NCBI RefSeq assembly: GCF_001306055.1
Contig: NZ_LGHJ01000008.1
Span: forward strand, 60,001-92,000
DNA: 32,000 nt
Source: Bellilinea caldifistulae
GTDB taxonomy: Bacteria; Chloroflexota; Anaerolineae; Anaerolineales; Anaerolineaceae
Direction of reading: 5' to 3'
Part shown: piece by piece, positions 1-9,686 of the stretch
How the letters are laid out: each line of letters opens with the position of its first letter
Position numbering within the stretch: position 1 is the stretch's first letter
Program-made: the position numbers and the translations under genes
The notes under the pieces: model-generated
Told to the model about the DNA's origin: nothing
Databases searched by the model: none
Seen by the model: the letters and a program-made list of their open reading frames with translations, nothing else

Positions 1-2
1 CC

Positions 3-431
3 GGTTATGAGGTTGTCGATGGCGAGATCCACTGCATCGAGCACGTGGAAATCTTGCCCGAGGCAATAACCGAGGTTCAGGCCAATGCCCAGCTCAGCCC
101 AGAAAGCCGCTACTGGATTTTGAACGACCTGACCAGCAAGTATTACGAAGCCTACATCCACCAGCCGCGCTTCAACCTGGTTCCGGAGATGGCTCAGATG
201 AGCAGCAGCTGCGGCGGGGATGGCGTCTGCACAGCCGAAACCCAGGTGCTCAATGTGCCCTTTGCCGATCCAGGCACTTTCAACCTGAGAATGTGGGTGT
301 ACACCGCTGGAACGTTCTTCAACTGGAACGGTGTGTCCATTCCCATCACACAGCCCAGGGTGCTCTTTACTGAGGACGCCATGCAGGTTTACGTCACCCT
401 GGTCACGTTGCTTCCGGCAGGCGCTCCATGA
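3..431 (+). CDS. hypothetical protein, 5' end upstream of window
   Basis: The frame is open from base 3 with no upstream stop, and the listed ORF 45..431 starts at an internal GTG. Its TGA overlaps the ATG of the next gene (ATGA at 428-431). No recognisable motif. Confidence 0.5.
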   Translation, partial: GYEVVDGEIHCIEHVEILPEAITEVQANAQLSPESRYWILNDLTSKYYEAYIHQPRFNLVPEMAQMSSSCGGDGVCTAETQVLNVPFADPGTFNLRMWVYTAGTFFNWNGVSIPITQPRVLFTEDAMQVYVTLVTLLPAGAP

Positions 432-1126
432 ACGAGCTGGACCGCATTAGTTTATTGCTGACCGATCTGCCGGTGTATTTGGCTAACGGCGTACTGGTCA
501 TCCTGTATTGGCTGGCTGCCCATATGCCTGCCCTGACCAGCCTGCTATGCGCCTTGCTGATGGCATGGCTGCCTGATGCTGAAATCCAGCAGCGCGCCGG
601 TTTTCGCCCGCGTCGCAGCGAGCGCGGTTCCTCCGGTGACTCGGGTGGGAAGATGCCGCGCACTGCCCAGGTGATGACGGGCATGGTGCTGGCAGCCTGG
701 ATCATCGCCCAGTGGGATATGGGAGCGCCGGTGCCCTGGATTGGCGCAGCCATGTGGGTGGCAGGATTGGCAGCCATTTTAGCCTTATCCGCCCAGCGTT
801 TCAACCTGTTGTGGTACGTCAAGGCTGGCATCGCCATGTATGCTCTGGCGGTCATCGGCAGCCGCATTTACCTGGGATACACCGCCGGCCTGACCCCGGA
901 GCAGTGGGCGGCACTGATCGGTTCTTCCGAGAGCGCCGCGGTGGTGATTGCCAACACTCGCAGCAACGTGACCACCATTCTGCTTTGGGCATTATGGCTT
1001 ATCGTGCCTCTCGGTTATTTTTCGATGTTGGTTCAACAGATCTTTATCAATCCAATGTCCATGGTCAACCCACTGGCCGGCGCGCAGGATATGCTGCGCG
1101 CCTTGCGAGTACGGGATTCGCGTTGA
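428..1126 (+). CDS. polytopic membrane protein (hypothetical)
   Basis: Several hydrophobic spans are present (LVILYWLAAHMPALTSLLCALLMAWL, MVLAAWIIAQW, WVAGLAAILALSA, IAMYALAVIGSRIYL, ILLWALWLIVPLGYF). The start overlaps the upstream stop. Confidence 0.6.
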   Translation: MNELDRISLLLTDLPVYLANGVLVILYWLAAHMPALTSLLCALLMAWLPDAEIQQRAGFRPRRSERGSSGDSGGKMPRTAQVMTGMVLAAWIIAQWDMGAPVPWIGAAMWVAGLAAILALSAQRFNLLWYVKAGIAMYALAVIGSRIYLGYTAGLTPEQWAALIGSSESAAVVIANTRSNVTTILLWALWLIVPLGYFSMLVQQIFINPMSMVNPLAGAQDMLRALRVRDSR

Positions 1127-1370
1127 CAGTAGGGGCGGGTCTGCTCATGGCAATCTCGTCACCACATCTACAGGTAGACCCGCCCTTACCTGCAGAGCGC
1201 CACATGCCAGGAACGGAGATCCTAATCCCTCATAAACCATTTCCGCTCCCAGGATGTGTTGCTCTGCGCGGCCTTCGGGCTGTCAAAGGCAACACCAACG
1301 TCGGCCAGGAAGTCGAACGTTGGAAACCAATCCCCACACGTTGGCTTTTTGTACTTACATGGAGGATTTT

Positions 1371-1595
1371 ATGGACCCTTACACGATTGGAAGACTGGCT
1401 CTACCGGTGGTGATCGGCATCATGGCTGTGGCTGCTATTCTGGCACTGGCGATGGGCATTTTCACGGCTGTGAAGACCATGACCAGCGTTCAGCGTTTCT
1501 TCCAGCATATGGAAGAGACACGGCGGCCTGCGGTCACGATCAACTTCTTCGGCGGCAGACGAACTTCCAAACCTCCCATGCGGGCAAAGGAATGA
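1371..1595 (+). CDS. small single-pass membrane protein (hypothetical)
   Basis: GGAGG at 1361-1365 lies 5 nt before ATG 1371 (alternative ATG at 1359). It has one TM segment (LALPVVIGIMAVAAILALAMGIF) and a basic tail. The N-terminal part of listed ORF 1254..1595 is Arg/Cys-rich and looks non-coding. Confidence 0.45.
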   Translation: MDPYTIGRLALPVVIGIMAVAAILALAMGIFTAVKTMTSVQRFFQHMEETRRPAVTINFFGGRRTSKPPMRAKE

Positions 1596-1725
1596 GCAAT
1601 AACTGGACACGATCAGGCGTGGCATGGGTACGCCTGAACTTCCTCCAGATTGGATTGTGGCTTGATATCTGTGGGTGTTCACCCCCAGATGTGAACCCAT
1701 AATCCAAAGATTGCCAGCTAAGGAC

Positions 1726-4700
1726 ATGAACGATCGATCATTTCTCCACTCTATCAAGAAAGTCAGCGACTGGCTGCCAAACTGGTCCAGTTGGCTTCAT
1801 CCGCCTCGCAACGGTACGCCAGCAATTCCCGCTGACCTGCAGGTGGAAAAATCCGGTGTGTGCTTTATCGATGGGCAAGACGAGTTGGACTATCTCTGGT
1901 ACCGGCTGCGAGAGATCGAGGGTGGGCGAGAGTATGCCGGTTTTCGGGTTGTTCGCCTGTTGCAGTTGAGTTTCTTGCCCCTGGAAGCCCGCTCTGACCC
2001 TGGGCTGCTGCAGAAGATGCGCACCGTCTTGCGCGGATTGTACGGGTCACAGGTTAGTTTTCTTTATCTGGCAGCCGGCATCTTCAACCACCAACAGGCT
2101 CCGGTTGGGATTATCCAGTGCTACGGCGTCTCGGCTTTTGCCGAAACCCTGGATGAAGCTTGCGCCCGGTCAAAGCGCAGCCTGGCGGCGCTGAAAGCCG
2201 CTATGAGCGGTACTTATCGCCAGATCCGCCTCGACCCCTTGAATGTCCGCCTGGCTGAATGGATTTTCCTGAGTTTCAACGATATGAAACACGTGCTGGT
2301 CACCGTCGGCCACACAGATCCGCGTGAGAACGCTCGCGGTGGAGGAAGCGGGTTGCTGCATAACCCCCTTACCGATGCCGGTCCGACCGCCCAGCAATAT
2401 ACCCTGCAGCAAAACGAAATCCTGTTTCGCGGCATGAGCGATCTGAAAGAAGAATTCCTGTTCCTGGTGCTCACCTCGCCGGTGCAGCTGGCGGATATCA
2501 CCGAGATGCTCACCGGCCTGGCAGAGAACACATCCACATGGGCTGCCTGGCAAAGCGGCGTGCGCGGCGTTTCATTTGGCGTCAGCCTGCCAGCGTTGCT
2601 CTCTGGATTGATGGCGCAGTCAGCCACCCAGGGATACAGCACCAGCCAGGGCGAAGCTCACAGTGAGGGCCAGGCGCACACCGACAGCCAGGCGCATACC
2701 GAAGGTCAGGCTCACACCCAGGGTTTTGCCGAGACGCAAGGCTGGTCGCATGTCGAAACAGACGCAGAGTCGCATTCATTTGGTATCGCCCATTCTCAGG
2801 GACAATCGCACACCGAAGGCCGGGCCGTCACCGAAGGGACGGCAGTTACGGAGAGCAGCGGTCACGTCAGCAGCCGCGGTTCCGGCAGCAGCCATGTGGA
2901 CAGCTTCAACTGGGGGTTGCGCGGCGGCATCCAACCAGCCGGGGTAGGCATCGGCGGCAATGTCGGCTGGGGGTCGGCGGATGGCGTCTCCAGTATGGTT
3001 TCAGAGAGCGACATGCAAGGCCATTCTGAGACAGAGAGCCATGCTGAAACGGAAAGCCAGGCGGATACCGTCAGCCAGGGTACCGTGGTCAGTGAAGTCT
3101 TGACGATCACCCATGCAGAGTCGAACGGTGTCTTTGGCAGCCACACACGTTCCCAGTCGGACACGGTCAGCCAGGCGGATACCGCCGGGCAAGCCGATAC
3201 CAAAAGCTCAGCCGACAGCCAGATGCAATCCCAAACTGCAGGTCAAGCGCTGGGCAGAGGGGTATCGGCTGGACTGACGGTGGGTATTGCCCCGTCTCTC
3301 TCTGCCTCGAACAGCTATCAATGGCAGTTCGATCCGGCTATCCTGGTGACCCAGATCTTGCGCCAGCAGCAAAATTTACTGAATCTGGCCAGCAAAGAAG
3401 GGGCGTACTACACCGATGTCTACGCCATGGCGCGCACCGAGCAGGGTAAGCAGGCTTTGATGGGCTTGATTCCTGAATCATTTCACGGGACGGAAGATGT
3501 GATTACCGGTGTGCAGACACGGGATTTAACCCTCGAAGAGAGCGATTACATCAGTCTGCATGCTCGTGCATTTACCCCATCGACCCGGGTTGAGACGATC
3601 CCGGAAGTGCTCAGTGGTTACATGGACTCCACCCTGCTGACCATGTTGCAATTGGCGGCCTACACCGCTCCCGGGATGTTCGAGCAGGGCACTGCGCTGA
3701 CGGTCCAAGAATCCACGCCTGATTTTGCCTTCCGCCCGGGTATGGCTGGCGATGTGATCATCGGCTGGCAGTGGAGCAGCGAGACCGGGCAGTTGACCCA
3801 CACGCCGCTGCGCCTGAGTTTTGACCGCCACTTCCATACCGCTTTCTGCGGGGATACCGGCTTTGGCAAGAGCGTCGCCGCTGAAAGGCTCGCCTATGAA
3901 ACCACGCGTCAATGGCACTTCCGCAGCGTGGTGCTGGATTTTGGTCAGGGCTGGCGGCGGGCTTTGAACTGGTCCGGGCTGGATGGACGCGTAGATATCC
4001 GCCAGCTCTATCCTGGCGCGCCGCGTCCACTGCGCTGGAACATATTGAAAGTCCCGCGGCGCCTGTACCCAGGGCGCTACCGCACGCTGGTCAGCGAGCT
4101 TTTCGCCAACGCCGGGCGTATGGGACCCCGTCAGCTAGGCTTCCTGCGCCGCGCTCTCACCCAGGTCTACACCAATTTGGGCATCCTGACCACCGACCCA
4201 GAAGTGATCAACCACCAGACCTGGGGGCATTTACAGGACAGCGTGGAAGTGGCTGTCATCCAGGAGTGGCGTGACCACAACCGAATCTCAGGATCGGTTT
4301 CTGTCGGGCACTCCATCTCTGATTTGCACCCAGGGGAGTTGCAGAACCTGGCAGTCTGGCGCAGCCAGCGAGCCGACGTGCGCATGTGGGTGGAACGACT
4401 GAAGAACTTCTACGCTATGCTGCCCAAGGGTGACCAGGCCAGCCGAGCCAGTTTGGAAGGCGTCTTGCTGCGTGTGGAGCAGTTCGCCGAAGGGCAGATG
4501 GCCTGGCAGTACGGTGCCGGTGCAGAAAGCGTTCCGGTAGAAGATTTGGGATTGCTGGGACCGGCAGAGGATCCCTGGGGATTGTTGATCGTTGAGGGCG
4601 GCGCGGAGATGGATGAATACCCCAAGGCTGCGTTGTTGGCGTTGCTCTCCAGCGTACTGTATTTCGATAGTGTCGTCCGCCGGCGAGAAAGCCTGGCTGG

Positions 4701-5178
4701 AGCGAAATTTCCACCCATGCAGATCTTCTTCGAGGAAGCCAACAAAGTCCTGACCGGCGTGAGCGGTGCAGCCGCAGATCAGAACGTTTCCGCCGGCAGT
4801 GCTGAGCAAGTCAGCGAAGTATTCCAGACTTTCTGGAGAGATGGCCGTAAATACCAGATCTTCCTGCATTTAATCGCCCAGACGGTCAGCGCCTTGCCTG
4901 CAGGTATTTTATCTTCCTGCAACAATGGCTTTTTCTTCCAGACCAAATTTCCCCACGACCGAGACTTGATCATGGCGCACATCGGGCGCAGCGAGAAGGG
5001 CGTGGTCAACACTGAATACAAGCGCTACCTGGCGCGCATCCCAAAGCGCATGTCCATCGCAAAGCTGGGTTACAGCGAGGATGTGGCCGAGTTGGAGCCG
5101 ATGCTGGTGAGTCCGTTGATGGTGCCTGGCAGCGAGCCATCCGACCAGGAAATCCTGGCGAGGCTCGGGCCTTATTAG
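1726..5178 (+). CDS. giant HerA/FtsK/VirB4-type P-loop ATPase with central hexad-repeat region
   Basis: Walker A is GDTGFGKS (3850-3873), followed by VVLDFGQGW. The Walker B-like motif is IFFEEAN (about 4723-4743). The first ATG in the ORF is at 1726 (MNDRSF). About 200 aa of period-6 low-complexity repeats lie between the N-terminal and ATPase domains. Confidence 0.8.
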   Translation: MNDRSFLHSIKKVSDWLPNWSSWLHPPRNGTPAIPADLQVEKSGVCFIDGQDELDYLWYRLREIEGGREYAGFRVVRLLQLSFLPLEARSDPGLLQKMRTVLRGLYGSQVSFLYLAAGIFNHQQAPVGIIQCYGVSAFAETLDEACARSKRSLAALKAAMSGTYRQIRLDPLNVRLAEWIFLSFNDMKHVLVTVGHTDPRENARGGGSGLLHNPLTDAGPTAQQYTLQQNEILFRGMSDLKEEFLFLVLTSPVQLADITEMLTGLAENTSTWAAWQSGVRGVSFGVSLPALLSGLMAQSATQGYSTSQGEAHSEGQAHTDSQAHTEGQAHTQGFAETQGWSHVETDAESHSFGIAHSQGQSHTEGRAVTEGTAVTESSGHVSSRGSGSSHVDSFNWGLRGGIQPAGVGIGGNVGWGSADGVSSMVSESDMQGHSETESHAETESQADTVSQGTVVSEVLTITHAESNGVFGSHTRSQSDTVSQADTAGQADTKSSADSQMQSQTAGQALGRGVSAGLTVGIAPSLSASNSYQWQFDPAILVTQILRQQQNLLNLASKEGAYYTDVYAMARTEQGKQALMGLIPESFHGTEDVITGVQTRDLTLEESDYISLHARAFTPSTRVETIPEVLSGYMDSTLLTMLQLAAYTAPGMFEQGTALTVQESTPDFAFRPGMAGDVIIGWQWSSETGQLTHTPLRLSFDRHFHTAFCGDTGFGKSVAAERLAYETTRQWHFRSVVLDFGQGWRRALNWSGLDGRVDIRQLYPGAPRPLRWNILKVPRRLYPGRYRTLVSELFANAGRMGPRQLGFLRRALTQVYTNLGILTTDPEVINHQTWGHLQDSVEVAVIQEWRDHNRISGSVSVGHSISDLHPGELQNLAVWRSQRADVRMWVERLKNFYAMLPKGDQASRASLEGVLLRVEQFAEGQMAWQYGAGAESVPVEDLGLLGPAEDPWGLLIVEGGAEMDEYPKAALLALLSSVLYFDSVVRRRESLAGAKFPPMQIFFEEANKVLTGVSGAAADQNVSAGSAEQVSEVFQTFWRDGRKYQIFLHLIAQTVSALPAGILSSCNNGFFFQTKFPHDRDLIMAHIGRSEKGVVNTEYKRYLARIPKRMSIAKLGYSEDVAELEPMLVSPLMVPGSEPSDQEILARLGPY

Positions 5179-5205
5179 ACAAATATCCACAAGGAGGTTT
5201 CTCAA

Positions 5206-6111
5206 ATGGAAAAACGACGTTCCCCCTGGATTGCAATCATTTTAGCCGTGGTCATCGGCTTGATGGTGATCGTGCTTCTCAACGGCGTGATCCGGCCGAC
5301 TACTGTCGTGGTGGCCAGGGTAGCCATTGCCCCCGGAACCCGCCTGACGGCAGATCTGCTCGAGCTGCGCACCATCCCGGCGCAAGCCCGGCCGAGAGAC
5401 GCCTTCGAGAGAATCGAAGACCTGCAGGATAAGGTGCTTGCAGTGGGTCGTGCACCAGGTGACTACATCGTCGCCTCCGCCCTGGGCGAAACCGCCCAGG
5501 CTGGCATCCCGGCTAACTTGCCAGCCGATCACCTGGCTGTGGCGGTAAAGGTGGATCTGGCTACCGGGATCGCCGGTCTGCTGCGGGAAGGTCAGACGGT
5601 TACCTTGATTGGAATGCTCTCCCCGGATGTACTGCAGAGCGTCGTATCTGCCCCGATACCGGTTAACTCATCTTTCCTGGCGCAGCCAACTTCAGAAGCA
5701 GTCGTTGCCGGGTTGCCCACCCCAACCCCCACGCCTACCCCGACTCCTGCCCCACCCATGGCTCCGTTGGCGCGCATTGCGATCAGCGGCTTGAAAGTGC
5801 TGATGGTGCCGCAATCGTTCCGCTATGAGGAGTTGCCTGGCGGTTCCACCCAGGAGCAGCTATTCGCCAGCGCCCGCACCGTATCAGCAGCCCAGGAAGG
5901 CAACGTGATCGTCCTGGATGTCCCCGCTACCCCAATCGAGATCGTACCCGGATTGCCGGTCAACCCCACCACGCTGATCGTCGCCTTGAGCAAGTACGGC
6001 AGCCTGTACCTGACCCTGGAGTCAGCCGAAGGTTTTCAGGCGCCCGACATCCTGACCCTCAACCTGGCAGATCTGTACGATGCCATGAATGAAGATCGTG
6101 GAGGCAAGTAA
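5206..6111 (+). CDS. cpaB: Flp pilus assembly protein CpaB/RcpC-like
   Basis: AAGGAGG lies upstream of the ATG. It has an N-terminal TM, a SAF-like segment (VVVARVAIAPGTRLTADLLELRTIP), a PTPTPTPTPTP linker, and sits directly before tadZ/cpaF. Confidence 0.75.
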   Translation: MEKRRSPWIAIILAVVIGLMVIVLLNGVIRPTTVVVARVAIAPGTRLTADLLELRTIPAQARPRDAFERIEDLQDKVLAVGRAPGDYIVASALGETAQAGIPANLPADHLAVAVKVDLATGIAGLLREGQTVTLIGMLSPDVLQSVVSAPIPVNSSFLAQPTSEAVVAGLPTPTPTPTPTPAPPMAPLARIAISGLKVLMVPQSFRYEELPGGSTQEQLFASARTVSAAQEGNVIVLDVPATPIEIVPGLPVNPTTLIVALSKYGSLYLTLESAEGFQAPDILTLNLADLYDAMNEDRGGK

Positions 6112-6115
6112 AGTC

Positions 6116-7426
6116 ATGGACAAAATGCCGATTGCCGAGCAAAAGGTGACCGTGATGCTGGCTGGACCGGGACATGAGACGGTCTTTTACCAGATGCAGC
6201 CGCCATTTCTCTCGGACACACGTTTCGTGATCAGCACACACGCCACGCAGTGGAGCAACTTTGAGCAAAGCCTGAGCCAGATGCGCCCCGACCTGGTTGT
6301 GGTGCAGGTAGAAGTTGCACCGGGTCCCGATGCGCTGATCCAGGTGCTGGCGGAAATACAGGTGTGGCGCGGCGTTGCCATTCTGATCTTGCCGCCCGCA
6401 ATCCGAGAGTTGCGAGCGCAGTTCGAGAATGCTGCCATTGTTCGTGGGGTCTACATTGCCCCTGTAAATTGGGGTGAGATCGCCCAAGCCGGTTACGCAG
6501 CTGTGATCACCGAGCGCGCCAAAGCCGCCGCCACCGCGCCGATGCAGCAGGCCTATCTGTCGCGCTCAGCTGGTGCAATCATTGGCACGCGTGTTGTCGC
6601 GTTTGTCTCAGCTACCGGCGGAACGGGTCGTTCAACCATCGCCGAAAGCCTGGCTTATGAATTGAGCGTGCGCATGAATGTACGTTCTTTGCTGATGTCT
6701 TTTGATTTACCCCCAACCGCTGCCCCGCACTTCAAAATGCGCTACGTCCCCAGCGCCATGGAGTATTTTGCCCGCCCAGGAGATGGCTTTGGGGCGTCGA
6801 TCCAATCTCGCGAGGGGATGGACGTGCTCCTGGCTCCTGAGAACTCGGTCGATTATCAGAAGGCGGCTGAATACTCGATCTCTCACAAGTCAGAAGCCGA
6901 CAGCATCTACTCCCTGGTGATGGCCTCCTGGACGCGTAATTATGCCGCGGTGCTGCTCGACCTTCCAGCAGGCGAACAACCCTGGAGCATGCAGGGGATA
7001 GCAGCTGCCAACACCGCCGTAATTGTCACCCGCTGCACTTTAGCGGATATGGTCGCTGCCCGCCACACACTGATCTTGCTTCTGGAGCGCCTGATTGGCG
7101 AGCACCGCATCCCACGCGAATCAATCTGCCTGGTGCTCAACCAGGTTACGGATAACTCGATGATCTCGGTACGAGGTTTTTATGATGAGTTGGTGAATGG
7201 TTACGGCTGGGCGCCTCCGGTGGTGGCTGTGATTCCCTACACCCCGGCGATCATCCACGCGCAGGACCAGCAAGTGCCGGCGGTCACACGCGTCGAGGAA
7301 CTGGCTAAAGGCATCCATAACCTGGCAGATTTCCTTTTCCCCGGCGCAGTCACATCGATCCTGGATAACCGCAATGGGCGTGGTCATAAAAGCAAGCTGC
7401 GCATCCCTCGTTTCCGGTTCACATAA
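6116..7426 (+). CDS. tadZ: TadZ/CpaE-like pilus localisation ATPase (pseudo-receiver plus ParA/MinD domain)
   Basis: A deviant Walker A region is present (VAFVSATGGTGRSTIAESLA). The N-terminal receiver-like fold lacks the phospho-Asp (DLVVVQVEV). GGAGG at 6100-6104 favours ATG 6116 over the listed 6089. Confidence 0.8.
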   Translation: MDKMPIAEQKVTVMLAGPGHETVFYQMQPPFLSDTRFVISTHATQWSNFEQSLSQMRPDLVVVQVEVAPGPDALIQVLAEIQVWRGVAILILPPAIRELRAQFENAAIVRGVYIAPVNWGEIAQAGYAAVITERAKAAATAPMQQAYLSRSAGAIIGTRVVAFVSATGGTGRSTIAESLAYELSVRMNVRSLLMSFDLPPTAAPHFKMRYVPSAMEYFARPGDGFGASIQSREGMDVLLAPENSVDYQKAAEYSISHKSEADSIYSLVMASWTRNYAAVLLDLPAGEQPWSMQGIAAANTAVIVTRCTLADMVAARHTLILLLERLIGEHRIPRESICLVLNQVTDNSMISVRGFYDELVNGYGWAPPVVAVIPYTPAIIHAQDQQVPAVTRVEELAKGIHNLADFLFPGAVTSILDNRNGRGHKSKLRIPRFRFT

Positions 7427-7446
7427 TCCACTGAGGAGTAGCTGGC

Positions 7447-8787
7447 ATGTTCAACGATGGTAACGGCAATGGAAAGGGATTGGCAGGTCTGTATGACCTC
7501 AGCCAGAGCGCCAGTCGCCCGGTCGATGAAGCCTTGAGAGAAGTGGTTGCTAACGAAGTGATTGACCAGATCAACCGGGAGTTCCCGGTGGAAACCTTGC
7601 GATCGCCCTCCGACGCTGACCGGCAGCGTATTCAAGAACGTATCAATGCCCTGGTAGGGGTGTCTTTCCGACGCAACAACACTTATTCCGGCTACCAGAC
7701 CGACAGCGCCCTGGCGGCTGAATTAGGCCGGCGCCTGATGGGTCTGGGTTTTCTGGATCTGCTGTTACCGCCAGCCCGAACCGACCTGTCAGAAATCTGC
7801 ATCTACTCCAGCGGGCTGGTGCAAGTGATGAAGAAGAACTCCGTCCGTTGGGAGACGCTGCCCGAGTTGAAACCTGATCCCGGCGAGATCAACCGGGTAC
7901 TGGATCGCATCCTGGGTCCGCAAAACAAGAGCCTGAATGAAGCCAATCCCACGGTCAACGCCAAGCTTCCCGCCACACCGCACAATCCCGGCGGCGGGCG
8001 AGTCAAGGCGCTGCATCCGGTCATCGCCCCACCTGGGCGCAATCCGAGCATCAACATCCGTCTGTTCGAGCAGAAGCCGGTTTTACCGGGGTGGATTCTG
8101 GACCGCCAGATGATGAGCGCCGAAATGATGGATCTGCTGCGAAGGGCTATCGAACAGGGCTACCGCATCCTGATCACCGGTGGGACGCGCACTGGCAAGA
8201 CCACCCTCCTCTCGGCGCTATGCAATTTTCTGCCCTCTGCCTGGCGCATCGTCAAGATCGAAGACCCGGAGGAGATCTGGATTGACCGTTCAACAGTGCA
8301 GACCATCGAAGCCCGCCCGGCTGCGCTCGGCACGGAAATCCAGCCCTATACGCTGGCGAATGGTGTGGATGACGCCCTGCGCATGTCACCGGACTACCTC
8401 ATCCTGGGCGAAGTGCGGGATGGTCACGCCGGATTGAGCCTGTTTCGGGCGATGATGACCGGGCACTCGGGTGCCTGCACCTTCCATGCCGATAACCCGC
8501 GCGAAGCCGTGCGACGCCTGACAACGGTTTTGGGGGCTGATGCCGGTGTTAGCCCATCGGACGCCTTGCAGTTGATCGCCGAGGCGATTGACCTGCTGGT
8601 GCAGATAGGCATTCGAGATGAGGTGCGTCGGGTGACGGTGATCGCCAATGTCGCCAAGGAACTCGTAAATGGCGATATCAGATTCGAGCCAATCTATCGC
8701 CTGGACGACCCATCGCCAGAAAGCCAGCCGCATTGGACAAAAGTTGGCAATCTTCGCCCGCGTATCCTGGCGGAGACGAGCCTGTAG
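7447..8787 (+). CDS. cpaF: CpaF/TadA secretion ATPase
   Basis: Walker A is GGTRTGKTTLL, the Asp box is VKIEDPEE, Walker B is LILGEVRDGHA and the His box is TGHSGACTFHA. Confidence 0.95.
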   Translation: MFNDGNGNGKGLAGLYDLSQSASRPVDEALREVVANEVIDQINREFPVETLRSPSDADRQRIQERINALVGVSFRRNNTYSGYQTDSALAAELGRRLMGLGFLDLLLPPARTDLSEICIYSSGLVQVMKKNSVRWETLPELKPDPGEINRVLDRILGPQNKSLNEANPTVNAKLPATPHNPGGGRVKALHPVIAPPGRNPSINIRLFEQKPVLPGWILDRQMMSAEMMDLLRRAIEQGYRILITGGTRTGKTTLLSALCNFLPSAWRIVKIEDPEEIWIDRSTVQTIEARPAALGTEIQPYTLANGVDDALRMSPDYLILGEVRDGHAGLSLFRAMMTGHSGACTFHADNPREAVRRLTTVLGADAGVSPSDALQLIAEAIDLLVQIGIRDEVRRVTVIANVAKELVNGDIRFEPIYRLDDPSPESQPHWTKVGNLRPRILAETSL

Positions 8788-8801
8788 GAGGTGAGAACAC
8801 G

Positions 8802-9686
8802 ATGATAACCCTGGTAGGTATTCTGGCAGGACTTTTGGTTTATGTTCTCTTTGCGCCGCGTCGTGTCCGGCGTGGCGAAGCCAGCCAGCGCATTGCTGAG
8901 CTGTATTCACTCGAAACAGCGCGTTCCTTGAGTGAGTTGAAGCCGGGATCGTTGGATTATAAGCTGCTCGCTGCCGGCGTGCGCATGCAGCCAGTCACCT
9001 TCCGGCTACTCACTATCGCCGTGGCGGTGGCTGCAGGGGTCATCACTTGGCCCTTTCTGCCAGGTTTGCCCGCCTTGATCATCGGCGTCGTCGCAGGGTA
9101 TTTACCATACGCCTGGCTGGATGACCGGGTCAAAAGCCGCGGCAGGGAAATCGATCGCTTGCTGCCAGTTGCCGTAGGTCGGATCACAGCCGGTTTGCTG
9201 GCGGGGAGTTCGGTGCCCGAGGTTCTGCAGAAGACCGGCGAGTCATTGGAAGTAGAAGGTCCCAACCCGTTGACTGCGGAGCTCATGCTGACCGCGGCAG
9301 AATTGCGCAGCAAAGAACGCCAGCAAGCCCTGCGCGGTCTGGCTGCTCGTTCGCCTTCTACCTCGCTCTCCAATCTGGCTTACCTGCTGGATGGTTACAG
9401 CGAAGCCGGCGGTAGTAAGTATGCTGAAGTCCTGCAGCAGATTTCTCAGCGCATCCAGCAAATCCTGGTGGCGCGCAACCGCGCCGTCGCTAAGGCTGGC
9501 GATGCATTGCTCTCCGCCCGCATCATTCCGGTTGTCCTGCTGATCGTCTTCCTGTTTCTCACCCGTGATCCGCTGATCCAGGAATCGCTCCTCTCCCTGC
9601 CCGTTCAGATAGTGATCTCGGCTGGAATCGGGATGATGGTGTTGGGTTATCTGCTGATTCGTTCCATTGTATCGGAGGCGGTATGA
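8802..9686 (+). CDS. tadB: TadB-like platform protein (T2SS-F domain)
   Basis: AGGAGGTG at 8786-8793 precedes ATG 8802 (MITLVGILAG), so the listed start 8733 is probably too long. It has an N-terminal TM, a cytoplasmic helical domain and C-terminal TMs, and follows cpaF. Confidence 0.8.
   Translation: MITLVGILAGLLVYVLFAPRRVRRGEASQRIAELYSLETARSLSELKPGSLDYKLLAAGVRMQPVTFRLLTIAVAVAAGVITWPFLPGLPALIIGVVAGYLPYAWLDDRVKSRGREIDRLLPVAVGRITAGLLAGSSVPEVLQKTGESLEVEGPNPLTAELMLTAAELRSKERQQALRGLAARSPSTSLSNLAYLLDGYSEAGGSKYAEVLQQISQRIQQILVARNRAVAKAGDALLSARIIPVVLLIVFLFLTRDPLIQESLLSLPVQIVISAGIGMMVLGYLLIRSIVSEAV

Noticed and set aside
1316-1342. Reading the 27-nt element as an ECF-sigma promoter (GGAAAC ... CGTT)
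   Set aside because: The spacing between AAC and CGT is about 11 nt, or about 20 nt using the upstream GAAC. Neither fits the 16-17 nt typical of ECF promoters.
712-1413. 233-aa + strand ORF overlapping the membrane-protein gene and the following gap
   Set aside because: It is Arg/Gly/His-rich, has no RBS, and overlaps a better-supported frame. This is typical of spurious alternate-frame ORFs in GC-rich DNA.
2644-3310. Regular short repeats that might suggest a CRISPR array or satellite
   Set aside because: The period is 18 bp with no spacer/repeat alternation. The region sits in frame inside a long ORF and encodes protein hexads.
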